A DNA stretch of 64,000 bases from the NCBI RefSeq assembly GCF_009914755.1, contig NC_060941.1; one strand, 5' to 3'. The translations under genes were made by a program, and so were the position numbers. The notes under the pieces are model-generated. The model searched no databases. It was not told the origin of the DNA and saw only the letters and a program-made list of their open reading frames with translations. Source of the stretch: the human T2T-CHM13v2.0 reference genome, Homo sapiens. Shown one piece after another: positions 1 through 12,729 of this stretch (positions are counted from its first letter, which is position 1; each line of letters begins with the position of its first letter).

Positions 1-214
1 GCCTTCCAGGTTCAAGTGATTCTCCTGCCTCAGCCTTCTGAGTGGCTAAGATTACAGGTGTGTGCCACCACACCCAGCTAATTTTTGTATTCCTAGTAAA
101 GATGGGGTTTCACCTTATTACCCAGGCTGATCTCAAATTCCTGGCCTCAAGTGATCCACCTGCCTTGGCCTCCCAAACTGCTGGAATTACAGGTATGAGC
201 CATCGTGCCTGGCC
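1..214 (-). mobile_element. Alu (partial, cut by window edge)
   Basis: Reverse-complement Alu sequence ending ...gcctggcc. Confidence 0.95.
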
Positions 215-689
215 TTGTCCCTCTTAAATAATGGCTATGAGCATCAGCCTGTGGAGCCTGAGACCAAAGCAGACAGTTGGGCAGGGACCCAGGCAGAGGC
301 CAGAGATGAGAAAAGACATGGAGTGAAGAGAATTCAGACGGGCACACCCTGGCCAAGGGAATCTGACCTCCTGCCATATGTATGCACTCCTTCCCTGCTG
401 CTCTCCATCCTCAGTCCCCTCACAGATTGCATTCTGATATGGCCTGGAAGCCCCTTCTCACTTACGGGAGGTGTCAGAAGAGGCAGTTTGGAAAAGCAGC
501 GTCGTGGTGCCCCAGAATGTTTAGAGATGGAAGCCAGATTATGAGGTTGCACAACTCCAATGATGCCCTTCCCATTGCAGTCTCTGTAAATGGTGCCACC
601 TGCCTGCAAAAGTGCTGTGCATGGCCTGTGTACTCATATAAAGCTGCCCTGGATGGAAGAGGTCTTGGAATACTGGTCAACTTCTCAAT

Positions 690-790
690 TTTGTAGGTGA
701 GGAAACTGAGGCGCAGGAGTGAACTGACTTGCTCAAGGTTCCATGGTAGTGTCAAGTGGGGACCTCCAGTCCAGGCCACGTTTTAAACCA
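690..790. mobile_element. MIR fragment
   Basis: MIR core gaggaaactgaggc...gacttgctcaagg. Confidence 0.65.
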
Positions 791-845
791 TAGTTTTCCT
801 GGTTTGTTCAAAAGGCCAAGATACATCCATAGAGAAAGCAATCTC

Positions 846-1031
846 CGCTAACAAATACGGTAGCCACTAGGAACATGTGGCTGTTTAAATTTAAATTAAT
901 TCAAATGAAATCCCATTAAAAATTCATTTTCTGAGTTGCATCAGCCACATTTTGAGTAGTCAGTAGCTACCTGTGGTTGGTGGCTGGTGTGTTGCAATTC
1001 CCATCATCTCAGAAAGTGCTATTGGACATAG
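846..1031. mobile_element. MER3-like hAT-Charlie DNA transposon
   Basis: ggtagccactag...catgtggct...tttaaatttaaattaatt...ccatcatc.cagaaag.gctattggaca matches the MER3 layout. Confidence 0.8.
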
Positions 1032-1104
1032 ATGGATTATGGATTATACTTGGGTCTACAGGGAAACTGGAAGGCAAGGCAGAAAGGTTGTTTTTTCCCA
1101 AAGC

Positions 1105-1305
1105 ATAGTGTGCCAGGTACTGTGGTAAGCACTTTGCATGTAGGACCCCATTCAGTCTTTACAAGTGCTGTAAGTGGTGTCATGAGTCCCTTCTTACACA
1201 CGAAACTGCAGCTCAGCAAAACTAAGCAACTTGCCATGAATACATAGCCTGTAAGTGGACTTGAACTCAGATCTGTTTGACTTCAGAGGCCAGGTGCTTA
1301 ATTAT
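1105..1305. mobile_element. MIR
   Basis: gtgccaggtactgtggtaagcacttt...cttgaactcagatctgtttgacttcagag. Confidence 0.7.
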
Positions 1306-1315
1306 TAATCTCTAA

Positions 1316-1605
<290 letters not shown>

Positions 1606-2340
1606 TCCAACAAATTTTTAAAAGTATATAGACCAAAGTGCTGCTGGAGAGCCAAGCAAACAGATGCTATTTTCAAGACAACAAAGATTATGAAGTGGCT
1701 AAAACCAATTACAGGAATTAAGGAGGTTTTTTTAGTACTAGAAGAAAAGACCAAGGCATGACTTAATCCCATTTCTAGGAATGGGAGGCTGCTGGGCAGG
1801 CAGTTGGGCCTCCATAGGTGCTAGAGGCCAGCAATGAGAAAAGACATGGAGCGATGAGAATTCAGATGGCCACAAAGTGGTGCTTCTTGAGCATGGGCAA
1901 CAGAGAAGACAGAGAGAGAGAGAGACAGAGAGAGAAAGAGAGATATGAGTGCTGCCACCCAGAGATATTTAGAGAAAAAGAGCCTCCGGTGACACACTCC
2001 CCAGGGTGCCAGTGGTACCCTGCCTGCAGATAGACAAGGACAAGAGAGCTCTTGTTCTCTCTCCTAATATAGTGGAAAAGGAGAGAAAAGGGCAGGAGAG
2101 ATGGACAGAGATGGTGGAGGTATTACTGTATCCTCTGGCAAATGCTTTGCTAGGAAGCGGACAATTCCTTGATAACAAATTCCTTTGTTTTTCCCTTTTT
2201 CAACTTTGGGTTTATTTGAGGTTCCTCTACCTGGGCTTTAGGAACAAAGAGAAAGGCTGAAATGTTTGAAACTCATACCCACAGAAATTCAGTCTAACCA
2301 CACTGCCATATACCATTGCAGAGGGTTAAGACTAAAAACA

Positions 2341-3048
<708 letters not shown>

Positions 3049-3324
3049 TTACTCTTGATTCTCAGAAGTCTGCCATGAACAGAACAGTAGGCAGCCTTTT
3101 TGGATGGGTTTGGGCACAGAGCTGGGTCTCAAGCTGTCTAATTCCTTGATTAATTTCAGGGTCGGGTCTTTGGAGATTACTGTGGGGTAGGGGTAGAAGG
3201 ATGGTTGGAAAACTGGATTACCTTTGATCAACCATGTACTTTTTCTTTTATTTCTCCTTCAGAAAAAGATGCTAGTAAAACTCACCTGAATTTCCCTCTG
3301 TAAGAGCTGCAAGGGTTCTAGAGG

Positions 3325-3470
3325 TCATCTAGAGGTCATCTAGTCCTCATATAACAGATGAAGAAACTGAGGCCCAGAGAGGTTAAGTGACTTGACTGAG
3401 ATCGCTGAGCTAGCTGATTGCAGAGCCAGGAATAGAACCCATGGCTGACAGCACAGAGGCTTTGAAGGCA
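3325..3470. mobile_element. MIR
   Basis: acagatgaagaaactgaggcccagagaggttaagtgacttg core. Confidence 0.75.
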
Positions 3471-3821
3471 GTTCTTACCATGCAGAGGTGACGTCCTTTG
3501 CCTATTATCTGCCTGCGAAAACTTAGCCACCAAATATAACTTAAACGAAGCAAAAACAGGCTCCCCTTCGGTCATTTGCAATCTCTGGATATTTCCAGCA
3601 AGGCTGGAGAGTGGAGGTGGGGGTGGGGCTGAGGGTCTGGACAGAGCCCCGCCCAGCCACAGAGAAGCACTTTTGATTGTCTTGATGTCACTAAGATTCT
3701 TGAAAAATGCTGTCCCATTGTCCATACTGACTCCTGCTGGTTGTTCCCACTTCTCAGCCTGACAGTCGGTTTCCTCCCCTCTTTATCTTTGTGGTCATTG
3801 CTGGCTTCTTCCTGCCCTCAG

Positions 3822-4210
3822 AGACCAGCCTCAGAGACCGTTTTGAAAAGCTCTTGGAGGTTCCCTAGACCTTTTGCCCCTTGGAGATGTAATAAGGCTT
3901 TGTATATTGTTGTCGTCAAATGTAACACAAATGGCTGGATTTTCATGGATGATGTTTATCAATTGACATCTGCTGTCTGTATCCTATGCTGTTTCATATA
4001 GGAATGTATACCAGATGTAGCCGGCGCTACTGTGGCTGTTGTCTGTATTGTATGTGTATTTGTATGCTCTGTCAGTCTCTCTGTACTCCTTCTCTATGTA
4101 CAAGTGTGTTAATGTGTATGCTCTCTGCAGCCTTCTGCTGTCTGTCTCTGTGTGTAATTAACCTTGTACCAATGTTCACAATGTAATAAAAGCAGAACTA
4201 AAATAACACA
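3822..4210 (+). other. Candidate alternative terminal exon of SHISA6 (coding 3822-3868, then 3'UTR; AATAAA 4185-4190)
   Basis: 54-nt AG-free pyrimidine-rich stretch ending cttcttcctgccctcag. Phase-1 reading gives (E)TSLRDRFEKLLEVP*. 16 TGTA in ~300 nt, then AATAAA. Confidence 0.5.
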
Positions 4211-7035
4211 ATGCCTTCTGGCGATTTTTAAACCTAGGGGAGATGCTCACTTATCTGGGATGGATGCATGAGTTATTACCAAAAAGCAGTGGGTTGTATA
4301 TAAAATGACTTCTTGATGACCTTGGAAGGGTCCATGAGTCCTTTGGCCCTCTGCTGAGGGTAGGCAGGTAAGAAAGTGCTTGTATATGAGGAGGAAGAGG
4401 GAAGGCTGGCTTCATGGGCTTTGCAGGTGAATCACTGCAATCCAGAGTGTCCTGTGTGAAATCTCAAAGTGCAGAGCAGAAATCAAACAGCTCTTAGTGG
4501 ACTGTTTGTTAGTATCCGTGAAAGCTCCATGGCCCCAATCTTTGCTAAACTTTTAAAGCACTCTGCAAAATTTCACCTTGAGAAATGCTCTTTCATCATG
4601 AGGAGGAGGTGAAGCATCCCTCCCATGCTGCCCTCTCTGTCCTGATCGTAGGAGCCCAGGGAACTGAACTCATTTAGAAGAGACTTGTCTCAAGGTTTTG
4701 ACATGATCCTATTGTTAAGAAGTGAAACCAGCATTCCTAGCCTTGGCCAGAGAATAGAAGGCATAGAGTAGGAAAGTATCTATCAAATCACATGCATCAG
4801 CCCAGGCAGAAAAGAAGTGGGGGGTATTGCAAGAAAAAGGAATGGAAAGTTTATTTACAACTTAATCCAAGGACCTTGTAGCTTACAGTGAGCTGGAACA
4901 TCAGGGTCAACTCAGCAGGGATGCCACGAATAACACACTGATGGGAGAAGGGGAAGGACACACACTCCCTCAGATTCCTCATGGGAAGGGGACTTATTCT
5001 AAGGAGCTGGAGATGTTAGGACTGAAAAGGAGCTTCAGGTCTCAGGTATGTAATACCATTAGCCCTTACCATGGGCCAGAAAACCCTGATAAAAGAGGTA
5101 AGCACAGCACCTGTGTCCCAAGAGGCAACTGGGGTTTCATGAAGATGTTCAGTCACTATGTGTCTGACACTGCTGTGGAGCTGTTCTTGTCCTCACTGGC
5201 CAGTTCCCATCTGGAATTCCTGAGACTGAACTTCCACATCTCTTCTTTAACTGGGACTTGAATGTTTTAGCAAAGCCTCATTATTCAGAGGCTGGAACTA
5301 CCTGGCCAGGACCAGATATTGTCCAGATACTGTCTTTTTATTTTGTTGGGAGAAAAGTTCCAGTACTTTTAGAAAGTCCAGCGATCGCTGTCTCTCTCCT
5401 TTCTTTTCCAAAAAGGAGTTTATAATTATTACCTCTCCTCTAAGTAGGAGGTGGAAGTATGGCTTATCTCCCAGGATTCTGGGTTCACACACTATAGTCA
5501 TTTGGATAAGTTCTTCCCAGCAGCATCCTTCTTGGACTTTCTTGGGTTCATGGATGGGTTCCAGAAATGGGAATTTTCCTGTCTGTTAACCTTGTAGGGA
5601 TAGACATGGAGTGGGATGTAGCTGTGTGGACTGCAGAATCATGCTTTAGTGCAGGAAAATCCCACAGTGCCTCTCTGTTCTTTCTTAAGAGCCTACCTAC
5701 TCTTAAGTCTGGCTACTGTAAACATAGTCTAGAATACACTGAAAACACTGTTCTGGGAACCCGTCCTTTCCTTCATGAAGACCCTGATCAGTGACTTCCA
5801 GGCTCAAGGGGCTTCCCAGAGCTTTGGCATGGATTGCAGAGCAGTGGAATGAACAAAGACTGAACCAGGAGTCAGATAAGGTAACTGGGTTCATTCATGG
5901 CTATCTCACTTTTATAAAATTAAGTCCCAGATGCATCCTAAAAATATTTTCAACTAGAAACGGTTATTCATTTAAACAAAACTGAGTACCTTCTTTGTGA
6001 ACCTATGTGCTTTGTGCTATGGGAAGCCAGAGAATCAACAACAATAGGATAAAACCCTGCCATTCAAAGGTAATGCAAGAGGAAATGGAGAAGAAAGGCA
6101 TATACTGTATACCACAAGGCAGTCCACGATGCGTATTGGAATAGCAGTAGAATGAGGAAAGAAGAGGGTGGGGGAGTATTCATGGACCTTGAGGGATGAT
6201 GGAATTAGGAAGAGAGTTTGGTTCTTAATTTGTAGTTAAGATACAGCAACTGACCACTCCTAATGCAGATTTCCACTGAAATAGGAGATAGGGAACAATG
6301 CATATCCACGGGATTATGTTCTCAAGTGAAACGTTGATATTCATGAAGCTGATGAAAATTCATTCTCTGAGTGACAGACACTTGAGGAGATGGTCAGAGC
6401 ATTCTCTTCCCTCACCCCAACATATCTGCACCTTTCTTCCTTTTATTTTCTGGCCTCCCTGCATCTCTTCTTCTTTTGCCTCTTTCTGTCTCTCTTTACT
6501 TCCTCTTTTTCTCTCTCCCTTCCTCTTTCCTTAATTACTGTCTGCAATTACTTTGGGGAGATGACATAGAAGAGCAAAAGAGTTTTCAATCCAGGTTGAA
6601 TGACCCTGGGTATCACACACAAGTAATTTAACATCAGACAAATCCTTTGTCATGGTCTTTTTTCTCCACTGGAAAATAGAAATATTTTCCTTGTTTGCCC
6701 TAACCCCACAAAACCCATCAGTTATAATCAATCATATGAGAACTGACAGAGGATTGAGCTCCAGGAAGTTAAACTGTGTGTTGACCCACGCTATTATGAT
6801 GAGGTCTAGCAGTTGCACTCAACTAGTCCCCTGGGACCATTTTTAGCCCAGAGGAGTACAAAGTTGGGGTGGAACATTTATCTGGGAGCTTCTGGACTGG
6901 TTACTACCTGAAAAAGCAGTGATTCCATGCCACATAAAGCATGTAACTGCTGTGAGCTTTTTATAAATGAGCTTAAAACGTGACTCAGACCCTTCCTTTT
7001 ATGCCCACTCACACTTCAAGTTTTAGAAAACAAAG

Positions 7036-7056
7036 TTCAGGACCTAGGACAGCACC
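7036..7056 (+). promoter_or_regulatory. RE1/NRSE (REST-binding) site candidate TTCAGGACCTAGGACAGCACC
   Basis: One mismatch to TTCAGCACCnnGGACAGCnCC, with the canonical 2-nt spacer. Confidence 0.65.
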
Positions 7057-7209
7057 GTCGCCCCAACTGACTCCCAGGCTATTATGTAGGGAGATTGACA
7101 GGAAGGAACACCAGTGTGAATCAGGCTGGGCATGAGTAGAGAGGAGAACCAGTTTAATAGTCAAGGCTGTCTGCTAGTGAAGAGATGATCTTAGAGTCTA
7201 GGCACGTTG

Positions 7210-7430
7210 AGGCCATGTAGTTCAACAGTCCAGTGTGGAGGTTTAAGTCTTCACCCTGCCACCCACTAACTGCATCTTCAGAAAGTTACTCGGCCTGTCC
7301 TACCCTCAGTTTCCTAATCTACAAAATGAGGAAGACAATGACATCCACCACATTAGTATCTCATAAAGAGCCAATAAACTAATGTGTATAAAATGCCTTG
7401 TAGTATAAATTGCTCAATTAATATTGGTTT
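7210..7430. mobile_element. MIR
   Basis: cctcagtttcctaatctacaaaatgagg core. Confidence 0.65.
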
Positions 7431-8404
7431 TTAAATTTTCAGTATTATTGAAGGAAGGTGAATTGGACAGGCAGGCTGGGGAACAGAATGTCTATCTTTT
7501 CCTTACAAGGAGCACATAAGACCTGCCACCTACGTCAAGCACAGGCTTTCTTGGCCCCGATGATGTATGGAGCAGAGCACCTCCCCACCCTCCGCCCTAC
7601 CTGCCTTCTGCTCAGAGCTTTCCTCTCCACCCAGCCTCTGAGCATCCCTTCTCATCCTTCATGAACCACCCAGGCAGATCTCAGTCTGCATTGCCTTGGG
7701 CAATAAGAGATGTCTTATGTTTCCCACCCGCTGAGGAAAGTAACCCATTCTCTTACTTTGCCACCCTGCATTAAACAGATGTATTCCCCCCTTTCCTCTT
7801 TCCCTGGATCTCTGAGAAATGATGCTTTCCTACAGTCCAGAAGAGGTCTTCCCACCTCTCCAACATTATTACTTGAGAAGAGCATTTGGAGGAAGTGAGT
7901 GTAGTGCAAATCTGCCTGCTGTTCACTGACACCCTGACTTCAACATCATTGTTTTAATGTGTCTCTTGCCACTAACTTGAAAGTATCTCTCTCCTTTAAA
8001 ACAATAAGATTATTTCATTTCTAATCTTTAGCACTCCCTCCGATTGCATAACATCCTCATCCTTTGTGTATTTCTCATTGAAACATCTGTTCAAATTCCA
8101 TTTAGTGTGAGACTGGCGAGCTTAAGACATATGTCCCCTCCCACACACAGGAGACATGAGGTCAAAGGGAGTGAGCTAGCCCAAGGACTCCAGTGCTAAC
8201 CACTAGCCAGTTGCCTACATTTCCACAATGAGGAAACTACTTTCAGACACACCAAGGACCATCTCTAAGCCTTCTGCTAAAGCAGCTTTATTCTTCTCTA
8301 CTCCAAGGTTTTGGAGGCAGCAAGCTTGATGCAGTGAGAAAACCCTGGACTGGAAGTCAAGGTCTGATTCAAACTCTTGCTTTGAAATCTACTAGCTGTG
8401 TGAC

Positions 8405-8686
8405 TGTCTTAGTCATTCGTGCTGCTGTAACAAAATACCACAGTCTGGGTAACTGACACAGAACACAGATTTATTTCTCACTGTTCTGGAGTTTGGAAGT
8501 CCAAGATCAAAGCACCAGCATCTGGTGTCTGGTGAGGGCTACACCTCACATGGCAGAAGACAGAAGGGTAAAAAGGGACAACTCCAATGTCAAGCCCCTT
8601 TATAAAGGCACCTAGCCCCATTCACCAAAGAGGAGCCCTCATAGCCTAATCACCTCTTAAAGGACCTACCACTTCATACCATCATA
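8405..8686. mobile_element. MaLR LTR (MST family, MSTC/D-like)
   Basis: tgtcttagtc...gctgctgtaacaaaataccac...ggaagtccaagatcaa...ctaatcacctcttaaagg. Confidence 0.85.
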
Positions 8687-8752
8687 TCCTGAGGACCTCT
8701 AAAGCTCAGGAACCAGTGGCCAAATCCTCAAATTCACTCATGGTTGAATCAG

Positions 8753-8807
8753 CCCCTCCCCTCCTCTCCCCTCCCCTCCCCTCCCCTTCCTTTCCCACCT
8801 CTCCCCT
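8753..8807. repeat. (CCCTC)n-like polypyrimidine tract
   Basis: ccctcccctcctctcccctcccctcccctccccttcc. Confidence 0.85.
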
Positions 8808-8935
8808 GCCAGTGCTCCCAGGTCATTTCTCCTTGGGGGTGCCCACAGGTGGGTGCTTCATGCAATATGGCAGACAGAGGTGAGAAGGCTTTCTCCTTCT
8901 CTGCCTTCTTCCTTGGCTATACAATTTTGTGGCTT

Positions 8936-9220
8936 CCTTTTATTCATCTAGCAAATATTTATGAAGTTAGTGACTCTGTACCATGCACTCCTTTAGGTAT
9001 TAGGGCTATAATCAGTGAACAAGACAAGTATGGTCCCTCTGTCCAAGAAGATATCTACCAGTGGCAACCAATGAGCAAACACACAAATAAGACAGATGCA
9101 AGTTGTGATGGGGGCCACAAAGCAATAGGATACAAAAGAGGAACATGGCACACACTTGAGACAGGGGGTCAGAGAAACCCTCCTGAGGAAGAAAAACCTG
9201 TGACAAGAGCTTGTATCTGA
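8936..9220. mobile_element. L2 3' fragment
   Basis: tttattcat...caaatatttat...cagtgaacaagacaag...ggtccct. Confidence 0.65.
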
Positions 9221-11300
9221 GTGACATAATAGCACCAGCTGATTATAAAATCCTCCCTGGAAGGTTTCACTGCATAAAGCATGGATGGGCTCTCAGAATC
9301 ATCAGGGAGAAGGAATTCAGACTTCATGCCTGCACAGCCTTAGTCTCTTGGATAGTCCAGGTGAAAGAAGTGTCGGAAGGCCCAACTCTCCAGCTCATGG
9401 TTTAGGCCAACCCTGGGCATGGGCAGAAGTTGCTTCTTAGCTACCATTGGAGCCCCCTCCTTAGATTGTATTCGCAAGTCCATGAACAATCTTGGGGAAC
9501 ACAGTCTGAGGAGATCCACTCAAAAAGTACCTATGCATAGTCAACGACAGCATCACACATGGTCCTCTATGCACGCAGGGCTTTACCATTTATGAAGCAC
9601 TTTCAACATCTATTATTTCATTTGAGGCTCAGCACAACTGTATGATGCAGGAAGGAAACTGAGCTTCAGAGAGCTGGAGGAAATGCCTGAGGTCACCTCC
9701 CTCCTTGGTGGTGTAACCAGCACGAACACTTTCCATGAACTGTGGAGAGCTGTTTACTGGATACTCACAGATATACTTTGGCAGCTGCAGCCTTGACCTC
9801 CGAACCACCTTGGCCTCCCAGTCTCTCCAAAACTCCTGCCCTAACTGAAGGTCTTTTGAGTTGCCTATAAGACAGACTAGAGCAAATGAATTAACCTCTG
9901 CAACAGCAAGAAACACAAGGCTAGACTTTCCTCGGAGGAAATGGAGTGAGTTGGGCGGCAGTGTCCCACTCTGGGATAGAAGAGAGAAAGCAAGCTAAGG
10001 TGGCAGAGGGCAGGATGAAAAGAGATGCTCATCCTCTTAATACTCTATTGTCTAGTGTGCTTTGTGCACCCTGCCCTGCAAGGAGGAACATCTATGGTCT
10101 TATTGACCACTTGCATCTTGGGAAAGAGAGGCTTTGGAAACACAGGTCCATAAAGAAAGAAGCAGACTCAAGGTCTGAGATGGGAGAGGTAAGAAGGCAA
10201 ACCTGCAAGGAGCTAAAGGCACCTAAGGGAAAACCGAGGAAGAAGAAAGCACACACTTTCCTGCCTGCAGCTTTGCACAGAGCTGGCTTCTTGAGAGACA
10301 ATACCAGTAACTTGGTATTGTCCCTTCCTCTTGGTGGTCCCAGGCTGGAGAGTCCTTTCCCTCAGCTATATTACTCACTGACCCCTTCCCGAAGCTCACT
10401 CCTCTCATTTTCATGATGTCACAGATTATATGTCACTTTCTTCAGGGAGCCTCCTCTGATGCCTAACCACTCGAAAAGGTCTGTGTTCCCACAGTGCTCC
10501 ACTGCAGAGCCACCATGTCCTTACCTGTCTGCCAAGTAAACTGAGTGCCTGAGTGGTCCTGGGTCCTGGGTAGGGGGAGAAGAACATTAGCCTGTATCGT
10601 TGCTTCAGTTAAAGCCTTTCCAAGTTGGACAAGGATTTCCACAGTTGCAAAATGCAGGAACAGCCACCCAATGGACCTTGCCAAGTGATGGGGTTGTCCC
10701 ACATTAAAGAAAATATCCACACCCCAGGACTGTCTAGGTAGTGCTTAAGCCACAAACCCTGGGATCTGTTTGAAAGGTGAGTAAAATCCTTGTTCTAGCT
10801 GGTTCCTATGCAAAGGTTCACAATATGCCCTAATGTGGCAGTCTTTTTTCCTGTCTGTGGCATGGTAGAAACAGCACAGACATTTGAGAGAATGAATTTC
10901 AAGCCAAGTTTCACCACTTACCAGCTGTCTTGGATTTGGGTAAATAACATCAGTCTCTAAATCAAATGCAAGCAGTACTATGTAATGAGCAGTATGTTAC
11001 AATTAACAGAGCTCAGTGCCTGGTCCATAAAAATGTCTCACTAAATGGTAGGCATTAGTGTTCTTGTTAGTGCAGAAGAGTCAGCATCGTTTGTAGCTAA
11101 GGATCCAGACTCTAAAACCCTGAGGTCAGCCTGGGTTCAGACCCCAGTTCTGCCATCTTCTATTAGATGAAGTTATTTTCCTGCACTGTGGCTCAGTGTT
11201 CTCTTCTGTTAAATGGAGCTAGGAAGAGCACCCACCTCATAAATTTGTGACTATGAAATGAGATGACATATGAACAGGGCTTAGAAACATGCCTGGTTCG

Positions 11301-11700
11301 CATGGAATGCTACGCAGCCATAAAAAAGAATGAATTCATGTCCTTTACAGGGACATGGATGAAGCTGGAAGCCATCATTCTCAGCAAACTAACACAGGAA
11401 CAGAAAACCAAACACCCCATGTTCTCACTCATAAGTGGGAGTTGAACGATGAGAACACATGGACACAGGGAGGGCAGCATCACACACTGGGGCCTGTCAA
11501 GGGGTGAGGGGGCAAGGGGAGGGAGAGCATTAGGACAAATACCTAACGCATGAGGGACTTAAAACCTAGATGATGGGTTAAAGGTGCAGCAAACCACCAT
11601 GGCACATGTATACCTGTGTAACAAGCCTGCACATTCTCCACATGTATCCCAGAACTTAAAGTAAATTTTTAAAAAATAAATAAACTGAATGAATAAATAA
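11301..11700 (+). mobile_element. 5'-truncated L1PA (L1PA8-10-like) 3' end inserted in a MIR
   Basis: ORF2 C-terminus (YAAIKKNEFMSFTGTWMKLEAIILSKL), L1 3'UTR and A-rich tail; TSD atgcctggttc. Confidence 0.92.
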
Positions 11701-12729
11701 CTTTAAGCTTCCCCCCACAAAAAAACAGTAGAAAAAAATCAAAATGTTCATCAATTGATGAATAGAGAAAATGTGGTATAGCCCCCACCCCCCAAAAAAA
11801 TGCCTGGTTCAGTTAGTACTATCATGCTTGTTATTATCAATCTTTAATGTTATCTACATTTTCAAAGCTATAGAAAATGAAGTTGTAAAAAAGCAAAATT
11901 ATCATAGCACTTTCATCTTCTGCATCACTCCCTTATTGATTGCAAATCAGTAAACCCACTCCACCACGTTCCTTCTGTGTGCAAAGCACTATGCAGCTGG
12001 TGAAGGAGATAAACAAGGTTCCTGCATTAGAGAAGACAGTAATCTGGAGTCTGGGTCAGACACATCTGACACATGGCTGCTAACAGCCAGCCCAGCCCTG
12101 GATGTGTACACAAGCCAGAAGCATGCAGGACGGAGACCTTGGGCGTGTGGTACAAAGGGCCTTGGGCCAGGATTCAAGAGACTCGGATTCTAGTGCCACT
12201 TTTTCAGCACACTGAGCAAACTACCTCACCACTGTGACCCTTAGTTTCTCCTTTGGTAAATGAATTGGATTCCCAAGGTTCCTGTCTTCCAATTTGAACA
12301 TTCAAGAGATTTCTTAAGTACAATTTCATGTCGGCACCCTTTGATTTTGAAGAAAGTTCCATTCAAAAATCACCTCCTTGAATGAGGTTTTGATGACCTA
12401 TGTAATTTTTTAAACAGCATTATCTACACATAAAGCATCTTTATATCTGGAGGAATGTGCCTGGGCAGGTGAATCTGTTTGCCTTTCCTTTCAGGAAAAT
12501 GAAAACAGTCTCACCTCCTGTGGTTCCTTTTTGCCTTAGCTCCCCGTACAGGACACTTATAGACAAGTACACCACCCAGTTACTGTTAATTAATCTGTTC
12601 AACTCACACACCCAGAAACAGCTCATTCTTCCACTCTCTGTGGTGAATCCTGTTCTTTGTTAACTTGCATATATCACTTTGTAACTGTATGTTTACACCT
12701 CTTGAGTCAAAACAAGTCAACTTCTTTTT

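Noticed and set aside
3869-4230. Processed-pseudogene explanation for the 3'UTR-like island
   Set aside because: No poly(A) tract or TSD after AATAAA, and an in-phase splice acceptor precedes it. Disfavoured, but not excluded without BLAST.
8744-10416. 158-aa and 156-aa ORFs
   Set aside because: The first is low-complexity plus L2-derived; neither shows a recognisable domain or exon structure.
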